Part shown: positions 8,867 through 20,206 of the stretch, piece after piece
Position numbering within the stretch: position 1 is the first letter of the stretch
Layout: each line of letters starts with the position of its first letter
Assembly: GCA_963768415.1 (NCBI GenBank)
Contig: CAVYHX010000031.1
Span: 44,980 to 108,979 of the forward strand
Reading direction: 5' to 3'
Length of the DNA: 64,000 bases
Source of the DNA: an uncultured Gammaproteobacteria bacterium
GTDB lineage: Bacteria; Pseudomonadota; Gammaproteobacteria; UBA9214
Translations under genes and position numbers: made by a program
The notes under the pieces: generated by a model
What the model was told of the DNA's origin: nothing
The model's input: only the letters and a program-made list of their open reading frames with translations
Database searches by the model: none

Positions 8867-9967
8867 CTAATCTGCCCTGCCACTGATTTTGCCGGCTGCC
8901 AGTTTAATCACATCCAGCACTACATTCGGCTTGTATACAAATCCGGGGCCGGTAAAGTTCCGCAGCGCCTGCGGCTGTTGTTCATCCGCTACAGCACTGG
9001 CGACTGGCTTGCCAATCATGCCACTAAAGCGATACCCGTCATGCTGGCGTATGAATACCGGACTTCCGCTGCATCCCGGGGATACCGGCGCACCAATCAG
9101 ATATGCCGGTTTGCCATTGAAATCGACGCGGGGATGACTGGCGGTTTTCGCCGCGCTGGCAACAGGCAGATGATTAAATTGATCATACAACCCGGTCGGA
9201 TAGCCGACAAAGAACGCATCCTGAACCGGTATCAGTTTTTCATCCGTGAAGTCAGCCCAGTTCGATTCAGCCAGTGTTTTGTAATAGATCAGCGGATTGT
9301 TCCCGATAATGGATGATATATCCACAACAGCGATATCGATCTCCGGGTCTGTATGCCCGGTATAGACATCGTGGCAGGTTGCAGGCCCCAGCATGAGATT
9401 ATTACCAAGCATCGATAATGATGAGTCTGCAGTTTCCCTTCTGTTGAATGTCAGTGTCACGTGACCCGCACCATCGAACAGGACATGCTTGCAGGTGACC
9501 AGCAGGACAGCCGACTTATCCTCCGACACCGGATATTGCACCATAAAACCGGTGCCCGCAGTGGCTGTGTCCGTCACCGGGTCACTGGCCTCGATCTTCA
9601 GTGTTACGAAACACACCTGTTCCTCGAAGTATTTGGGATACATATAGCCGCTTGACGGACTCGCCAGGCGACCTGCTGTCTGCGGACCCGGCCGGTCACC
9701 CGTATTCTTTACCAGCTCCATTTCCGAACCAGACAATGTCAGACTGTGGCTTTCGTAGATATAAGAGCCGAATTGCCATCCGTTATCCACATGTGCATAG
9801 CCATAGTCATCTACTTCATAGACCTCAAATACCTGGCCAAGCATGGCAGCAACATTCTCCGCCTCCGGATCAGCCAGCGACGAAAGAATTTCCGGATCGA
9901 TGGATACGATCCTTACTTTCGAACCTACCCGCACCTCGTTCCCGTTTATGTCACGCGTCACACGCAC
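8867..9967 (-). CDS. cytoplasmic trypsin-like (S1/Trypsin_2) serine peptidase fused to a small N-terminal beta-barrel-like domain
   Basis: C-terminal half has a His (VTCKHVLFDG), an Asp (DIAVVDIS) and a GxSGSP serine (PGCSGSPVF). The N-terminal ~110 aa (…VRVGSKVRIVS…VFEVYEVDDYGYAHV) resemble a DUF4926-like SH3 barrel. No signal peptide. Confidence 0.6.
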   Translation of the reverse strand: MRVTRDINGNEVRVGSKVRIVSIDPEILSSLADPEAENVAAMLGQVFEVYEVDDYGYAHVDNGWQFGSYIYESHSLTLSGSEMELVKNTGDRPGPQTAGRLASPSSGYMYPKYFEEQVCFVTLKIEASDPVTDTATAGTGFMVQYPVSEDKSAVLLVTCKHVLFDGAGHVTLTFNRRETADSSLSMLGNNLMLGPATCHDVYTGHTDPEIDIAVVDISSIIGNNPLIYYKTLAESNWADFTDEKLIPVQDAFFVGYPTGLYDQFNHLPVASAAKTASHPRVDFNGKPAYLIGAPVSPGCSGSPVFIRQHDGYRFSGMIGKPVASAVADEQQPQALRNFTGPGFVYKPNVVLDVIKLAAGKISGRAD

Positions 9968-10066
9968 TCTGTATTACCTGCAGAATAAAATGGATAGTGT
10001 ATCAACATCGCTTGAAAGGCAGCGCGGGGTGAGCGTTGTCCGTAATGAGAATTCCGCCCGCCTGAG

Positions 10067-11512
10067 TTATGCGCTGGTACCGCCAACCGTCAGCTCGTCG
10101 ATCAGCAGTGTGGGCTGCCCCACGCCTACGGGAACGCTCTGGCCTTCCTTGCCGCAGGTACCGACACCGGGGTCTAGCTGCATGTCATTGCCGACCATGG
10201 AGACCCGCGTCAATACATCCGGGCCGTTGCCGATCAGCGTGGCACCCTTGACCGGGCGTGTGACCCTGCCGTTTTCGATCAGATACGCCTCGCTGGCGGT
10301 GAATACGAACTTTCCGGAGGTGATGTCTACCTGACCACCACCGAAATTGACGGCATACAGGCCCTTGTCAACCGCGGCGATAATCTCCTGTGGATCATGC
10401 TCGCCGCCGAGCATGCAGGTATTGGTCATGCGCGGCATCGGCAGGTGCGCATAGGATTCCCGGCGACCGTTGCCGGTCGCGGCAACACCCATCAGGCCGG
10501 CATTCATGCGGTCCTGCATGTAGCCCTTCAGGATACCGTTTTCGATCAGCACGGTACGTTGTGTACGGGTACCCTCGTCATCCACATTCAGCGATCCGCG
10601 CCGCCCCGGCAGGGTGCCGTCATCAACCACGGTGCACAGCGGCGAGGCCACCCGCTGACCGATCAGCCCGCTGAACGCCGAAGTGCCCTTGCGGTTGAAG
10701 TCACCCTCCAGGCCGTGGCCGATCGCTTCGTGCAGCAGGATACCCGGCCAGCCCGGGCCCAGCACCACCGGCATGCTCCCGGCCGGGGTGTCAATCGCGT
10801 CCAGGTTTACCAGTGCCTGGCGTACGGCTTCACGCGCATATCCCAGGGCACGCCCGTCTTCCTGGAAAAAGGCGTAGTCAGTCCGTCCGCCACCCCCGTG
10901 ATTACCCTGTTCACGGCGGCCGTCCTGCTCGACGATCACATTGACGTTACAGCGCACCAGCGGCCGCACATCGGCGGCCAGCGTACCGTCGCTCACAGCC
11001 ACCATAATCACCTCGTGCGTAGCGGCAAGACTCACCACCACCTCCTTGACCCGTGGATCCTGCGCACGCGCCTCGGCATCGAGCTGCTTGAGCAATCCCA
11101 CCTTGTCATCCGCCGTCATATAGTCGAGTGGATCAGTGGCGGGATACAGTGCGTTACCCGCATTCGCATGCCAGGCCTGCAGCGTGCCTTCATGGCCATG
11201 TTTGGCAATGGCGCGTGCCGCAGTCGACGCTTCCAGCAGCGCCGGCATCACAATTTCGTCTGAATAGGCAAACCCGGTCTTGTCACCGCTGATGGCGCGT
11301 ACACCGGCGCCTTGCTCGATACTGTGTGAACCTTCCTTGACGATGCCGTCTTCGAGCACCCAGGACTCGTAGCGGGTGGACTGGAAATACAGGTCACCAC
11401 TGTCCACCGCATGCCCGAGCAGCCGGCCGAACACCTTGCCCAGGTCGCTCTCATCAATACCTGCCGGTGCAAGCAGGCGCTGGCGGGCTATTTCCAGGTT
11501 TACATCAGACAT
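10067..11512 (-). CDS. tldD: metalloprotease TldD
   Basis: 481-aa TldD ORF in a conserved tldD–CN hydrolase–yhdP–rng–maf neighbourhood. Confidence 0.92.
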   Translation of the reverse strand: MSDVNLEIARQRLLAPAGIDESDLGKVFGRLLGHAVDSGDLYFQSTRYESWVLEDGIVKEGSHSIEQGAGVRAISGDKTGFAYSDEIVMPALLEASTAARAIAKHGHEGTLQAWHANAGNALYPATDPLDYMTADDKVGLLKQLDAEARAQDPRVKEVVVSLAATHEVIMVAVSDGTLAADVRPLVRCNVNVIVEQDGRREQGNHGGGGRTDYAFFQEDGRALGYAREAVRQALVNLDAIDTPAGSMPVVLGPGWPGILLHEAIGHGLEGDFNRKGTSAFSGLIGQRVASPLCTVVDDGTLPGRRGSLNVDDEGTRTQRTVLIENGILKGYMQDRMNAGLMGVAATGNGRRESYAHLPMPRMTNTCMLGGEHDPQEIIAAVDKGLYAVNFGGGQVDITSGKFVFTASEAYLIENGRVTRPVKGATLIGNGPDVLTRVSMVGNDMQLDPGVGTCGKEGQSVPVGVGQPTLLIDELTVGGTSA

Positions 11513-12341
11513 TTTTCAGACTCTTCAGGCGGCGATGTTCGATACTGGGAAAGTTGCGGCGCGCACTCTGCAGGCGCTTGAGATCTATATCAGCACACAC
11601 GACACCCGGTCCGCGCGCCAGGCTGTTCAATATTGTACCCCAGGGATCGACTATCATACTGTGCCCATAGGTTTCACGACTGTTGAGATGATAACCTCCC
11701 TGGTCCGGCGCGACGACATAGCACAGGTTCTCGATGGCGCGGGCCCGCACCAGCACTTCCCAGTGCGCACGCCCGGTGATGGCGGTAAAGGCGGATGGCA
11801 ATACGATAATTTCCATACCGGCATCGAGTTGCTGCCGGAACAGCTCGGGAAAGCGCAGATCATAACAAACACCCAGGCCAAGGCAACCAAAAGGGGTATT
11901 GACGACAACTATTTCACTGCCTGGCTCGATGGTATCGGACTCGGTATATTGTTCGCCACTATCGACAAGATCCACATCGAACAGATGCATCTTGTCATAG
12001 CGCGCGACCTGCTTGCCCTGGTCATTGAAAACCAGACAGGCGGCTCGAACCTTGTTGCCATTTTCAGCAACCAGCGGAACCGTGCCACCCACCAGCCAGA
12101 TACCATGGCGGGTGCATTGCTCCGCGAGAAATCCCTGGATTGGTCCGGCACCCTCGTGCTCCCGTATCGCGACTTTATCCTGTTCAGTCGTTCCCATCAG
12201 GGCAAAGTTTTCCGGCAGGACAACAAGCCGCGCATTCTGGCTGACTGCCTCGGCAATCAGGCGTTCCGCTTCCAGCAGGTTCGCACCGACATTCGGACTT
12301 GATGCCATTTGTAAACATGCAACAACACTCATGCCATACAC
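11505..12341 (-). CDS. carbon–nitrogen hydrolase family protein (Nit/omega-amidase-like)
   Basis: 278-aa ORF with the CN-hydrolase E-K-C context (…VVLPENF…[12 protein letters not shown]…) overlapping the tldD start; an alternative start is M4. Confidence 0.85.
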   Translation of the reverse strand: MYGMSVVACLQMASSPNVGANLLEAERLIAEAVSQNARLVVLPENFALMGTTEQDKVAIREHEGAGPIQGFLAEQCTRHGIWLVGGTVPLVAENGNKVRAACLVFNDQGKQVARYDKMHLFDVDLVDSGEQYTESDTIEPGSEIVVVNTPFGCLGLGVCYDLRFPELFRQQLDAGMEIIVLPSAFTAITGRAHWEVLVRARAIENLCYVVAPDQGGYHLNSRETYGHSMIVDPWGTILNSLARGPGVVCADIDLKRLQSARRNFPSIEHRRLKSLKNV

Positions 12342-12420
12342 GCCGTCATATTATTCGCTCAACAGAACCACAGGATATCATAGTTCCAAACACCAGCATT
12401 CAGGGAAACCGTTGGGGTTA

Positions 12421-15400
12421 TTATTCGTACTCATCAGTATCCGGGTCTGTATTCGCCGGCACATCGGGTTCCGGCGCATCGATACGCGTCACCACCGGGT
12501 CCGACCAGAGTCCGGTCACCGTATATTGCCGGCGGTTCAGCCTGCTTAGTGCACCCAGATTTCCTTCCAGTAACTTATCGGCAATCAGCAGGGCGGCACC
12601 GACCGCCGGTCCGCCTGCAAGCGTCCCGGCCAGTGCCAGGCCTGATTGCATCTGCGGTGTAACCGTGACCAGCTGGTCATAGTCCCTGCCGGTCAGGCCG
12701 GTGCGACCGGATACGTCAATCTTCGCGGCGGGGCCCGTGATTGTCAGGTCGTTCGTATAGGCATTGCCGCTTTCAAAGATAAAATTTCCCCTGATATCGT
12801 CAAAACTGAACCCCTCACCAAACAGATCGCTGAAATCAAGCGACAGGCGCCGTTGCAGGCTGGTCAGGCTTAATAACCCGATCATGCGGCCGGCGGCACC
12901 GGGTTCCAGATCCAGCAGCTGACCATCAACAATCTTCAATTTCAGATTGCCTTCCAGTGATGGCAATGAAAACGCCCAGGGCGGGCCGGGCCAGGTGGCG
13001 TGCATGCTGCCGGATAGTTCATCACACTCAATGGCTGGCTCGAAGTCGAAAAATTCCAGCAGTTTTTCCAGATTGCCGTCGTCAACCTTTGCATGAAAAC
13101 TGGATATCTGCTGTCCATCACCGGATTTCCAGTCACCCTGAATATTCAGTGACAGCAAATCCGAGGACAGGGTCAGCTTGTCCACCGTAACCACATTGGC
13201 CGAGGACCGCTGCGCGACGATGTCGAGACTGCCGAAATCGGTTTTATCATAGACCAGCTGCCCGACTGTAACCTGCAATGCGGGGAATTCCGCAGGCGAA
13301 ATTTTCGTCCCGGCCTGCGCCCCCTTCGGCCGCTCAGCGGACTCCAGAATCAACCGCTCGAGGTCCACTACTATCTTTTCGGCGCCCGACTTGCCGCGGG
13401 TCAGCAGAATATCGCCGGCAATGCTGTCACCACCGGAGCGGATGGTCCAGACAGGTCCGGCCGCCTGCGCCCGCACAGTCACATTGCGCAGGATATAATG
13501 CAGCACATCCAGCTCGCCAACACTGACATCGACATCGACCGGCAAACCATTCTTCCCGCCGCCCGCAAACCGGTTTGTCCAGTCGGACAGCTGCAACTTG
13601 TCCAGGTGACCCCTGATTGCCAGCCTGTTGGTATCCGGCATGGCCGGTGCCGTGTTATCCAGCGTCACCATGCCCTTGCGCACGGTGAAGCCGCTGGCTG
13701 CACTGGTCACTTCCAGCAGGCCCCGCAGCTGATCACCATAGCTGAATCGCAATTGCTTGTTCTGTCGCTCGACACCCTCGACACGGACTGTTAATTGCCT
13801 GACGCTGTCAGCCGGTTTGGCATACGCTCCGGGCAAGTCAATGGCAACACCTCGAAGAGAAGACGATATTTCAAGATCGAGGGATGGCACCTCGCGGCGG
13901 GCCTGCACAGCGCCAATGCCGAGCAGCACTCGCCAGTCTGTACTGCCGGAGATAACTGACTGCACTGCTTTCGAATCACCCGCCAGCTTATTCAATAAAC
14001 CCAGTGGCCCGTCAATGCCGATCCGGGTACGATCAACCACAGTATCTTTCCACACCCGCACAGTTACCGGCCGGTCAAACAATCGGGCCGTCAGGTTCTC
14101 CCCGGTAACACCATCGGGAGCGAATGCAAGCACACCCTGGATATTCGTCAGCGCAATATCTGTATCCTTCACTTGCAGCGCATTTTCACTCAGGGTGATA
14201 TTGCCACGCACCTCGACCGAGGGTTTATTGCCAGTCAGCGGAATGACGAGATCCAGTTCAAGACCGGCAGTGCCGGTAGTCGAGGTTCGGTCGACGAATC
14301 CGCCATAGGTACTCCCCAGCGGGCTGCTGCCAAGTTCCGCCAGCATGACCGGCATCGCACCCTCCACTGTACCTTGCAGCAACAGTTCCGGTTGCTTCAA
14401 ATCCTTTATTTGCGCCTGGACAGTACGCAGTCTTGCTGTGCGTATCGCGCCCTTGCGGCTGGCTATATCCATGGAGCGTCCGCTGAAATTTACCTGGGCG
14501 TCCAGCCCCGTTATCGGCGACCAGCCCGGGTGGTATGCCAGCACCGCATCGGTAACGGGCAAGCGCACCTCCAGTCGACCCTCACCGTGATCGAACGGGA
14601 TTTGATCGAGGCGTCCCTGCAGCAGGATACTGGCATTATTGATGGCACCGCTTACCAGGCTGCGGTCCAGCCACGCTACGGCCCTGGGTGACATGATATG
14701 TGCCGGCAGATAGTCATGCACACGCCCGAGATTCGCATGCGCGATATCGACATGCAGATCAACCGCCGGTGAACCGCCGGAATGCGGTATATCCATACCG
14801 AGTGCAGCGGTAAGTTGCATATCCGGATTGACTACGACGAGTTCATCTGCGGTGATTTCCGTTTGTTCAGTTGTCTTGCGCCAGCGCACCTCGCCACGCA
14901 CTGTATCGATCATCAGCGCATCACGAAACAGGCGGTCATTGTGAAAGGTGGCAGCATGCGTATCCAGCGTGATAATACCGGCACGCGAGGCACCCGAGAC
15001 GCTCCCGTCCAGGCCGGTGACAAACGGATATTCCCGGGATTCCCGCAAGCTGAGATCGGTAAAGGTTGCCTCCAGGGCGCTTATATCGGCGCTGGTAGCC
15101 GTTTTTTCCACGGAGAAATACAGATTCTCGATCAGCCCCTGCGGGTGCACCCCTGCCAGCTGCTGTTTCTGGTCGGCCGTCAGGACTGGCAGGGCCAGCA
15201 GCAGCGGGCCCAGGCCATCCAGGCTGATTTCCGGCGCAGTGCCGGCGAGATAAACTGTGTCCTCCTGCGTAGCGCCGGACAGGGCAAACGCTGCTGTCTG
15301 CCAGACACTTTCTTCCTGCTCGACGACAACACGCTGTGCAGCAAAGCGCCAGCCATGACCGGCACCCTGCCAGCCGAACTGACCAATCAGCTTGTCTGCG

Positions 15401-16266
15401 TTAAATTCATAGGATGCGCTCCCGGCCCGGTGTGTCATGCGAAAATCATGCAAGTCAAGCTCGGTACGAACTTCACGCACTTGCGCTGCCTCGATATCGA
15501 GCCAGAGCCTGGCATCGGCGATACCCTGCAGATCGATCTCCTCCGGCAGCGGATATGTAAGAGCAGATGACAGTGACAGCGACTGGCCCTTCAAATAAAC
15601 ACGCCCCTGCCAGTCACTGAACCGGGCAGGCATGCCAAACAGCTCTGCATCCACATCGATCCGGTAACCCAGCTCGGGAGGCAGCATGGCATAGCCGGTC
15701 ACACGATGACTGTCAGCCTGATTTTTCAGGGACAGCGTAACATCCGTGAATCGCTGCGGCGGGATACCTGACTGCAGATCGACGATTGTGATCGTGGAAT
15801 CGTGAATCGACAATCCGTCAATATTCGGAAACCCGGAGATGCTGTAGCTTCCTGCCGCCTGATCCTGCAGTTCCCTGACGAAGAGACTGCCGTCTGTAGC
15901 CCGAACCAGCGTAAGATCTGTACCAACGACATTAATTCCGTTCAGCTGAATTTCACGGCCAGCAAGATATCTTTTGATATCGAAACTGACCCAGACCTCC
16001 CTGACTGCCAGACCGGTGCGCTTGTCCCTGTCCCCGGCAATATGCAGTTGCCTGAACTTCAGTACCGGACTGAATCCGCGCCAGGTCGCTTCCAGCCGCT
16101 CAATAGTGACCTTCCTGCTGAGGATATCACTCACCACCTGCTCGACTTGATGCCGATAACTGCTGAGCGAGGGAATCCAGAGCCGGACAACCAGGAGCGC
16201 GGCCGCCGTCAGCAGCAACAGTGCGACAAGCGCAATCCAGGCAGCAGACAGGGTGCGTCTCAGCAT
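12421..16266 (-). CDS. yhdP: YhdP family (AsmA-like, TIGR02099) inner-membrane-anchored envelope protein
   Basis: 1281-aa uninterrupted ORF with an N-terminal TM anchor and the DUF3971-type repetitive beta-rich body, in the conserved position beside rng. Confidence 0.9.
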   Translation of the reverse strand: MLRRTLSAAWIALVALLLLTAAALLVVRLWIPSLSSYRHQVEQVVSDILSRKVTIERLEATWRGFSPVLKFRQLHIAGDRDKRTGLAVREVWVSFDIKRYLAGREIQLNGINVVGTDLTLVRATDGSLFVRELQDQAAGSYSISGFPNIDGLSIHDSTITIVDLQSGIPPQRFTDVTLSLKNQADSHRVTGYAMLPPELGYRIDVDAELFGMPARFSDWQGRVYLKGQSLSLSSALTYPLPEEIDLQGIADARLWLDIEAAQVREVRTELDLHDFRMTHRAGSASYEFNADKLIGQFGWQGAGHGWRFAAQRVVVEQEESVWQTAAFALSGATQEDTVYLAGTAPEISLDGLGPLLLALPVLTADQKQQLAGVHPQGLIENLYFSVEKTATSADISALEATFTDLSLRESREYPFVTGLDGSVSGASRAGIITLDTHAATFHNDRLFRDALMIDTVRGEVRWRKTTEQTEITADELVVVNPDMQLTAALGMDIPHSGGSPAVDLHVDIAHANLGRVHDYLPAHIMSPRAVAWLDRSLVSGAINNASILLQGRLDQIPFDHGEGRLEVRLPVTDAVLAYHPGWSPITGLDAQVNFSGRSMDIASRKGAIRTARLRTVQAQIKDLKQPELLLQGTVEGAMPVMLAELGSSPLGSTYGGFVDRTSTTGTAGLELDLVIPLTGNKPSVEVRGNITLSENALQVKDTDIALTNIQGVLAFAPDGVTGENLTARLFDRPVTVRVWKDTVVDRTRIGIDGPLGLLNKLAGDSKAVQSVISGSTDWRVLLGIGAVQARREVPSLDLEISSSLRGVAIDLPGAYAKPADSVRQLTVRVEGVERQNKQLRFSYGDQLRGLLEVTSAASGFTVRKGMVTLDNTAPAMPDTNRLAIRGHLDKLQLSDWTNRFAGGGKNGLPVDVDVSVGELDVLHYILRNVTVRAQAAGPVWTIRSGGDSIAGDILLTRGKSGAEKIVVDLERLILESAERPKGAQAGTKISPAEFPALQVTVGQLVYDKTDFGSLDIVAQRSSANVVTVDKLTLSSDLLSLNIQGDWKSGDGQQISSFHAKVDDGNLEKLLEFFDFEPAIECDELSGSMHATWPGPPWAFSLPSLEGNLKLKIVDGQLLDLEPGAAGRMIGLLSLTSLQRRLSLDFSDLFGEGFSFDDIRGNFIFESGNAYTNDLTITGPAAKIDVSGRTGLTGRDYDQLVTVTPQMQSGLALAGTLAGGPAVGAALLIADKLLEGNLGALSRLNRRQYTVTGLWSDPVVTRIDAPEPDVPANTDPDTDEYE

Positions 16267-16309
16267 AACGAGTGATTACTCAAGGTGAGAACTGCCGGAT
16301 ACATCCCGC

Positions 16310-17797
16310 CTACATGGGAACAACATCATATTGTTCCTGTGTATATAACGCCTCCACCTGGAACTTGATCGGCTTGCTGATAAATGCCTCGAGATCGGCA
16401 AGGCTGGCCGATTCCTCGTCGAGCAACAGGTCAACCACTTCCTGCGAGGCCAGCACCAGCAACTGCTGCGCATCGAACTGCCTGGCTTCGCGCAGGATTT
16501 CACGGAATATCTCGAAACAAACTGTCTCCGGCGTCTTTAGCGAGGCCCTGCCGTCACAGGTCGGGCAAACCTCACAGAGCACATGCTCCAGGCTTTCGCG
16601 CGTCCGCTTGCGCGTCATTTCCACCAGACCCAGTGCCGACACTTCGCTTATATGCGTTTTTGCATGGTCCTTTTCCAGCGATTTTTCCAGCGCACGCAAT
16701 ACCTGACGCTTGTGTTCGTCCTGCGACATATCGATAAAATCCACGATAATTATCCCGCCCAGGTTTCTCAGGCGCAGATGGCGCGCAATGGCCTGCGCCG
16801 CTTCCAGGTTGGTCTTGAAAATCGTCTCTTCCAGATTACGGTGGCCGACATACCCGCCGGTATTAATATCTATCGTGGTCATTGCCTCGGTCTGGTCGAT
16901 AATAAGGTAGCCACCTGACTTGAGCTGCACCTTGCGTTCGAGCGCTTTCTGGATTTCGTCTTCGATCGCATAGATATCGAAAATCGGACGCTCGCCGGGA
17001 TAGTATTCTATTTGCGTATGCATCTCGGGCATGAAGCGTGCGCAAAAGTCCAGTACGCGCTGATAGCTTTCCCGCGAATCGATGCGTACCTTTTCAACCT
17101 GCTCATTGAGGAGATCACGCATTATCCGGACACTGAGCGGCAAATCCGCATAGACTACCGACCCGGGTGATGTACTTGCCTCACTCTCGGATATCGACTG
17201 CCACAATTTGCGCAGGAAGATCATGTCTGCGCGCAGCGCCTCGGCACTGGCGCCCTCGGCCGCTGTGCGCGCGATATAGCCGCCGTCCTCGCTGTCTTCC
17301 ATGAACAACTGGATGATGTCCCGCAGGCGAACACGTTCCGCTTCATCCTCGATTTTCTGTGATATGCCGACCATGTTCACATGCGGCACAAACACCAGGC
17401 AGCGCGAGGGGATGGTAATCTGTGTGGTGAGGCGCGCACCCTTGCTACCCAGCTGATCCTTGATGACCTGAACCGACAGCAGCTGTCCCTCGTGCAGCAA
17501 CCTGGAAATATCAGCAGTTTCCGCACTTTCCGCAGTTTCCGCGGCCTCCGCGCCGCCCCCGGAGTTCTCGAATGGCAATATATCCGAAGCATGCAGAAAT
17601 GCCGTGCGCTCGAGCCCGATATCCACGAATGCCGCCTGCATACCCGGCAGAACCCTGCATACCTTGCCCTTGTAGATGTTACCGACCAGGCCACGACGCT
17701 GGCTGCGCTCGATAAATATTTCCTGCAACACACCGTTTTCCACCAGCGCTACGCGAGTTTCCCTGGGCGTGACATTGATTAGAATTTCTTCGCTCAT
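16310..17797 (-). CDS. rng: ribonuclease G
   Basis: 495-aa RNase E/G-family ORF with an S1 domain N-terminus (…GNIYKGKVCRVLPGMQAAFVDIG…) and the catalytic region. Confidence 0.92.
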   Translation of the reverse strand: MSEEILINVTPRETRVALVENGVLQEIFIERSQRRGLVGNIYKGKVCRVLPGMQAAFVDIGLERTAFLHASDILPFENSGGGAEAAETAESAETADISRLLHEGQLLSVQVIKDQLGSKGARLTTQITIPSRCLVFVPHVNMVGISQKIEDEAERVRLRDIIQLFMEDSEDGGYIARTAAEGASAEALRADMIFLRKLWQSISESEASTSPGSVVYADLPLSVRIMRDLLNEQVEKVRIDSRESYQRVLDFCARFMPEMHTQIEYYPGERPIFDIYAIEDEIQKALERKVQLKSGGYLIIDQTEAMTTIDINTGGYVGHRNLEETIFKTNLEAAQAIARHLRLRNLGGIIIVDFIDMSQDEHKRQVLRALEKSLEKDHAKTHISEVSALGLVEMTRKRTRESLEHVLCEVCPTCDGRASLKTPETVCFEIFREILREARQFDAQQLLVLASQEVVDLLLDEESASLADLEAFISKPIKFQVEALYTQEQYDVVPM

Positions 17798-17897
17798 CTT
17801 TCTTTATTCATCTGGTCCGTAGCTACGCTTGATATAGTAGTTCAGTGCATATCGACTGCACCAGTAAACAATTATGTCAGAATCGCGGAGACGCGGG

Positions 17898-18491
17898 TCA
17901 TGTGCCCTTGAGCACGCTGATTCCGCTTTCCTCCAGCAGCGCGCCGGTCTCGAACAATGGCAACCCCATGACGCTCGAATAACTGCCCTCCAGGCGGGCG
18001 ATAAACACCGCGGCCAAACCCTGAATGGCATAGGCGCCTGCCTTGTCAGCAGGTTCATGCGTGTCCCAGTATGCCTGGCATTCGCGCGCGGATAGCGTGC
18101 GAAACGTCACGTTGCTGGTACAGACACGCGTCCGCTCGCGGTCGGCCGATATTGCAACGGCGCTGACTACCTGGTGAGTGCCACCCGAGAGCAGGTGCAG
18201 CATATCCAGGGCCTGCGTCCGGTCGGCAGGCTTTCCGAGTACGCGTCCGCCGGTCACGACGACAGTATCAGCACCCAGTACGGGCAACTGTCTGCCTGTA
18301 TCCAGCAGGGACCGCCCGGCCCGCGCCTTGTCCAGTGCCAGCCGCAGGGCATGCGCTTCCGGGGTTTCATGCGCGCGCAGGGATTCATCCACGGCTACCG
18401 GCAGGACCTCGAACCGGACGCCAATCTGCCGCAGCAATTCCTGTCGGCGCGGCGAGCTTGATGCGAGGTATATGACTGGTGATGGCTTCAT
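17898..18491 (-). CDS. maf: Maf-like nucleoside triphosphate pyrophosphatase
   Basis: 197-aa ORF starting MKPSPVIYLASSSPRRQELLRQIG…. Confidence 0.9.
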   Translation of the reverse strand: MKPSPVIYLASSSPRRQELLRQIGVRFEVLPVAVDESLRAHETPEAHALRLALDKARAGRSLLDTGRQLPVLGADTVVVTGGRVLGKPADRTQALDMLHLLSGGTHQVVSAVAISADRERTRVCTSNVTFRTLSARECQAYWDTHEPADKAGAYAIQGLAAVFIARLEGSYSSVMGLPLFETGALLEESGISVLKGT

Positions 18492-18561
18492 ATCAGGGGG
18501 TACCTGCCGGGACGCTCCAATCCGGCATCATTGCAAGGAGCGCAGCGCCGGAGCAATCCCG

Positions 18562-19032
18562 TTACGACCGATGATACGGATGACCCGTGGTGATGGTCCA
18601 TGCCCGGTACAATTGCTCGGCGAGCACCACGCGTACCAGTGCGTGTGGATAGGTAAGCGCTGACAACGACCACTTCAGGTCGGCACGCTCGAGGCAGTCA
18701 GCGGACAACCCGTCCGCCCCGCCAACCAGCAGGGCGATATCACGTCCCGATCCCAGCCAGTCGCGCAGTTCCTGGGCAAGCGCCTCCGTACTCCAGGCCT
18801 TACCCCGCACATCCAGTGCGATCACCCTGCATCCATCCGGTATTCTGTCCAGCATCTGCCGGCACTCGGTCTGCAGCGCACGCTCCAGTGACGTTGACTT
18901 GCCACGTTTGGCCGCAGGAATTTCATGCAGGTCGAGTGCACACCCGTGTGGCATACGCCGCGCGTACTCCTGGTAGCCCTCACTTATCCAGGACGGTATG
19001 CGCGTGCCTACGGCTATCAGGTGGATGCGCAT
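18562..19032 (-). CDS. rlmH: 23S rRNA (pseudouridine1915-N3)-methyltransferase RlmH
   Basis: 156-aa SPOUT-family ORF typical of RlmH/YbeA. Confidence 0.88.
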   Translation of the reverse strand: MRIHLIAVGTRIPSWISEGYQEYARRMPHGCALDLHEIPAAKRGKSTSLERALQTECRQMLDRIPDGCRVIALDVRGKAWSTEALAQELRDWLGSGRDIALLVGGADGLSADCLERADLKWSLSALTYPHALVRVVLAEQLYRAWTITTGHPYHRS

Positions 19033-19047
19033 GCCGGGTAGCCGGCA

Positions 19048-19437
19048 TCAGGAACCGGCATCGTCCCTGTCACCCATGGACCAGAGTTTTTCCAGTGCAT
19101 AAAATTCACGTATCGCAGGCATCATGACATGTACAACGACATCACCCAGATCGATAAGTACCCATTCCGACCCCTGCTCGCCCTCAACGCCAAGCGCAGT
19201 GAAGCCATTGGCTTTCGCCTTGAAGGTGACGTTATCCGCCAGCGCCTTGACATGGCGTGTCGAGGTTCCGCTGACAATCACCATCAAGTCTGTAATCGAC
19301 GTCTGCGCGCGAACATCGAGCACCCTGAGGTCCACACCCTTGAGGTCTTCAAGCGCATCGATCACAATTTCAAGCAAGCGGTCTTCCCGTGACAGCGATG
19401 CGCTATCGTGCGTGTTTCTCTGTATTCCAGTCATCAA
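19048..19437 (-). CDS. rsfS: ribosomal silencing factor RsfS (Iojap)
   Basis: 129-aa ORF in the conserved position downstream of nadD, overlapping nadD by 4 nt. Confidence 0.85.
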   Translation of the reverse strand: MMTGIQRNTHDSASLSREDRLLEIVIDALEDLKGVDLRVLDVRAQTSITDLMVIVSGTSTRHVKALADNVTFKAKANGFTALGVEGEQGSEWVLIDLGDVVVHVMMPAIREFYALEKLWSMGDRDDAGS

Positions 19438-20069
19438 GTCTCCTGTTGGTAAAGTCCTGCATTACGAATCACTTCCAGTACGCTTTCCGGAAGCAGAAAA
19501 TCGGCACCTTGTCCGCTTGCCAGCAAGCCGCGGATGCACGAAGCTGAAATCTCCAGCTGCGTGACGCTGTGAAATACGAGCAATCCCGCCGCCTGTTTTG
19601 CAAACTGATCAGTGCCTGCGACACGGTGGCGACTGACAAAATCCGCCAGCACACCCTGCTCCTGAAATGCGGATCCGGGACGGGTCATTACCACGATATG
19701 CGCGTAGTCCGGCAGTTCGCGCCAGCGATGCCAGGTCGGCAAACTGTGGAAGGAATCCATTCCCAGCAGCAGGCACAGGCCAGGGTGTCCCGCTTCACCG
19801 TGAAACGATTTCAGGGTGTCCAGTGTATAGGATGGACCTTCCCTGCCAAGTTCGCGTTCATCTATGACAAACTCGGGGTGCCCGTTCACCGCTGCCCGTA
19901 ACATGGCAACACGCTGCTCCGGCGTGGCTACCGGCTGGGGACGATGAGGTGGAATATGACATGGAATCAGCCGGACTTCATCCAGCCCGAGTGCCTGCTG
20001 TATCTCAAGGGCGCAACGCAGGTGGCCAATATGAACCGGATCAAATGTCCCCCCGAGTATACCTATCAT
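19434..20069 (-). CDS. nadD: nicotinate-nucleotide adenylyltransferase NadD
   Basis: [18 protein letters not shown]… (H/TxGH motif). The start at M22 was chosen inside the longer 20132 ORF. Confidence 0.88.
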   Translation of the reverse strand: MIGILGGTFDPVHIGHLRCALEIQQALGLDEVRLIPCHIPPHRPQPVATPEQRVAMLRAAVNGHPEFVIDERELGREGPSYTLDTLKSFHGEAGHPGLCLLLGMDSFHSLPTWHRWRELPDYAHIVVMTRPGSAFQEQGVLADFVSRHRVAGTDQFAKQAAGLLVFHSVTQLEISASCIRGLLASGQGADFLLPESVLEVIRNAGLYQQET

Positions 20070-20206
20070 GATAATGACGCGGGTCGCCGCAATATCAGCT
20101 GGCGCAGCAGCACACCGCAATAGCCGCAGCACCTGCTGGCGACAGGCGTGGTAGCGGAATTCTGCCTGGAGAACGGCAAAACTGTGAATGCATTACCGGG
20201 CAATGG

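Noticed and set aside
10397-11263. 288-aa ORF on the + strand overlapping tldD
   Set aside because: It is antisense to the strongly conserved tldD coding sequence and its product is low-complexity (His/Arg/Gln-rich), so it is a GC-driven artefact.
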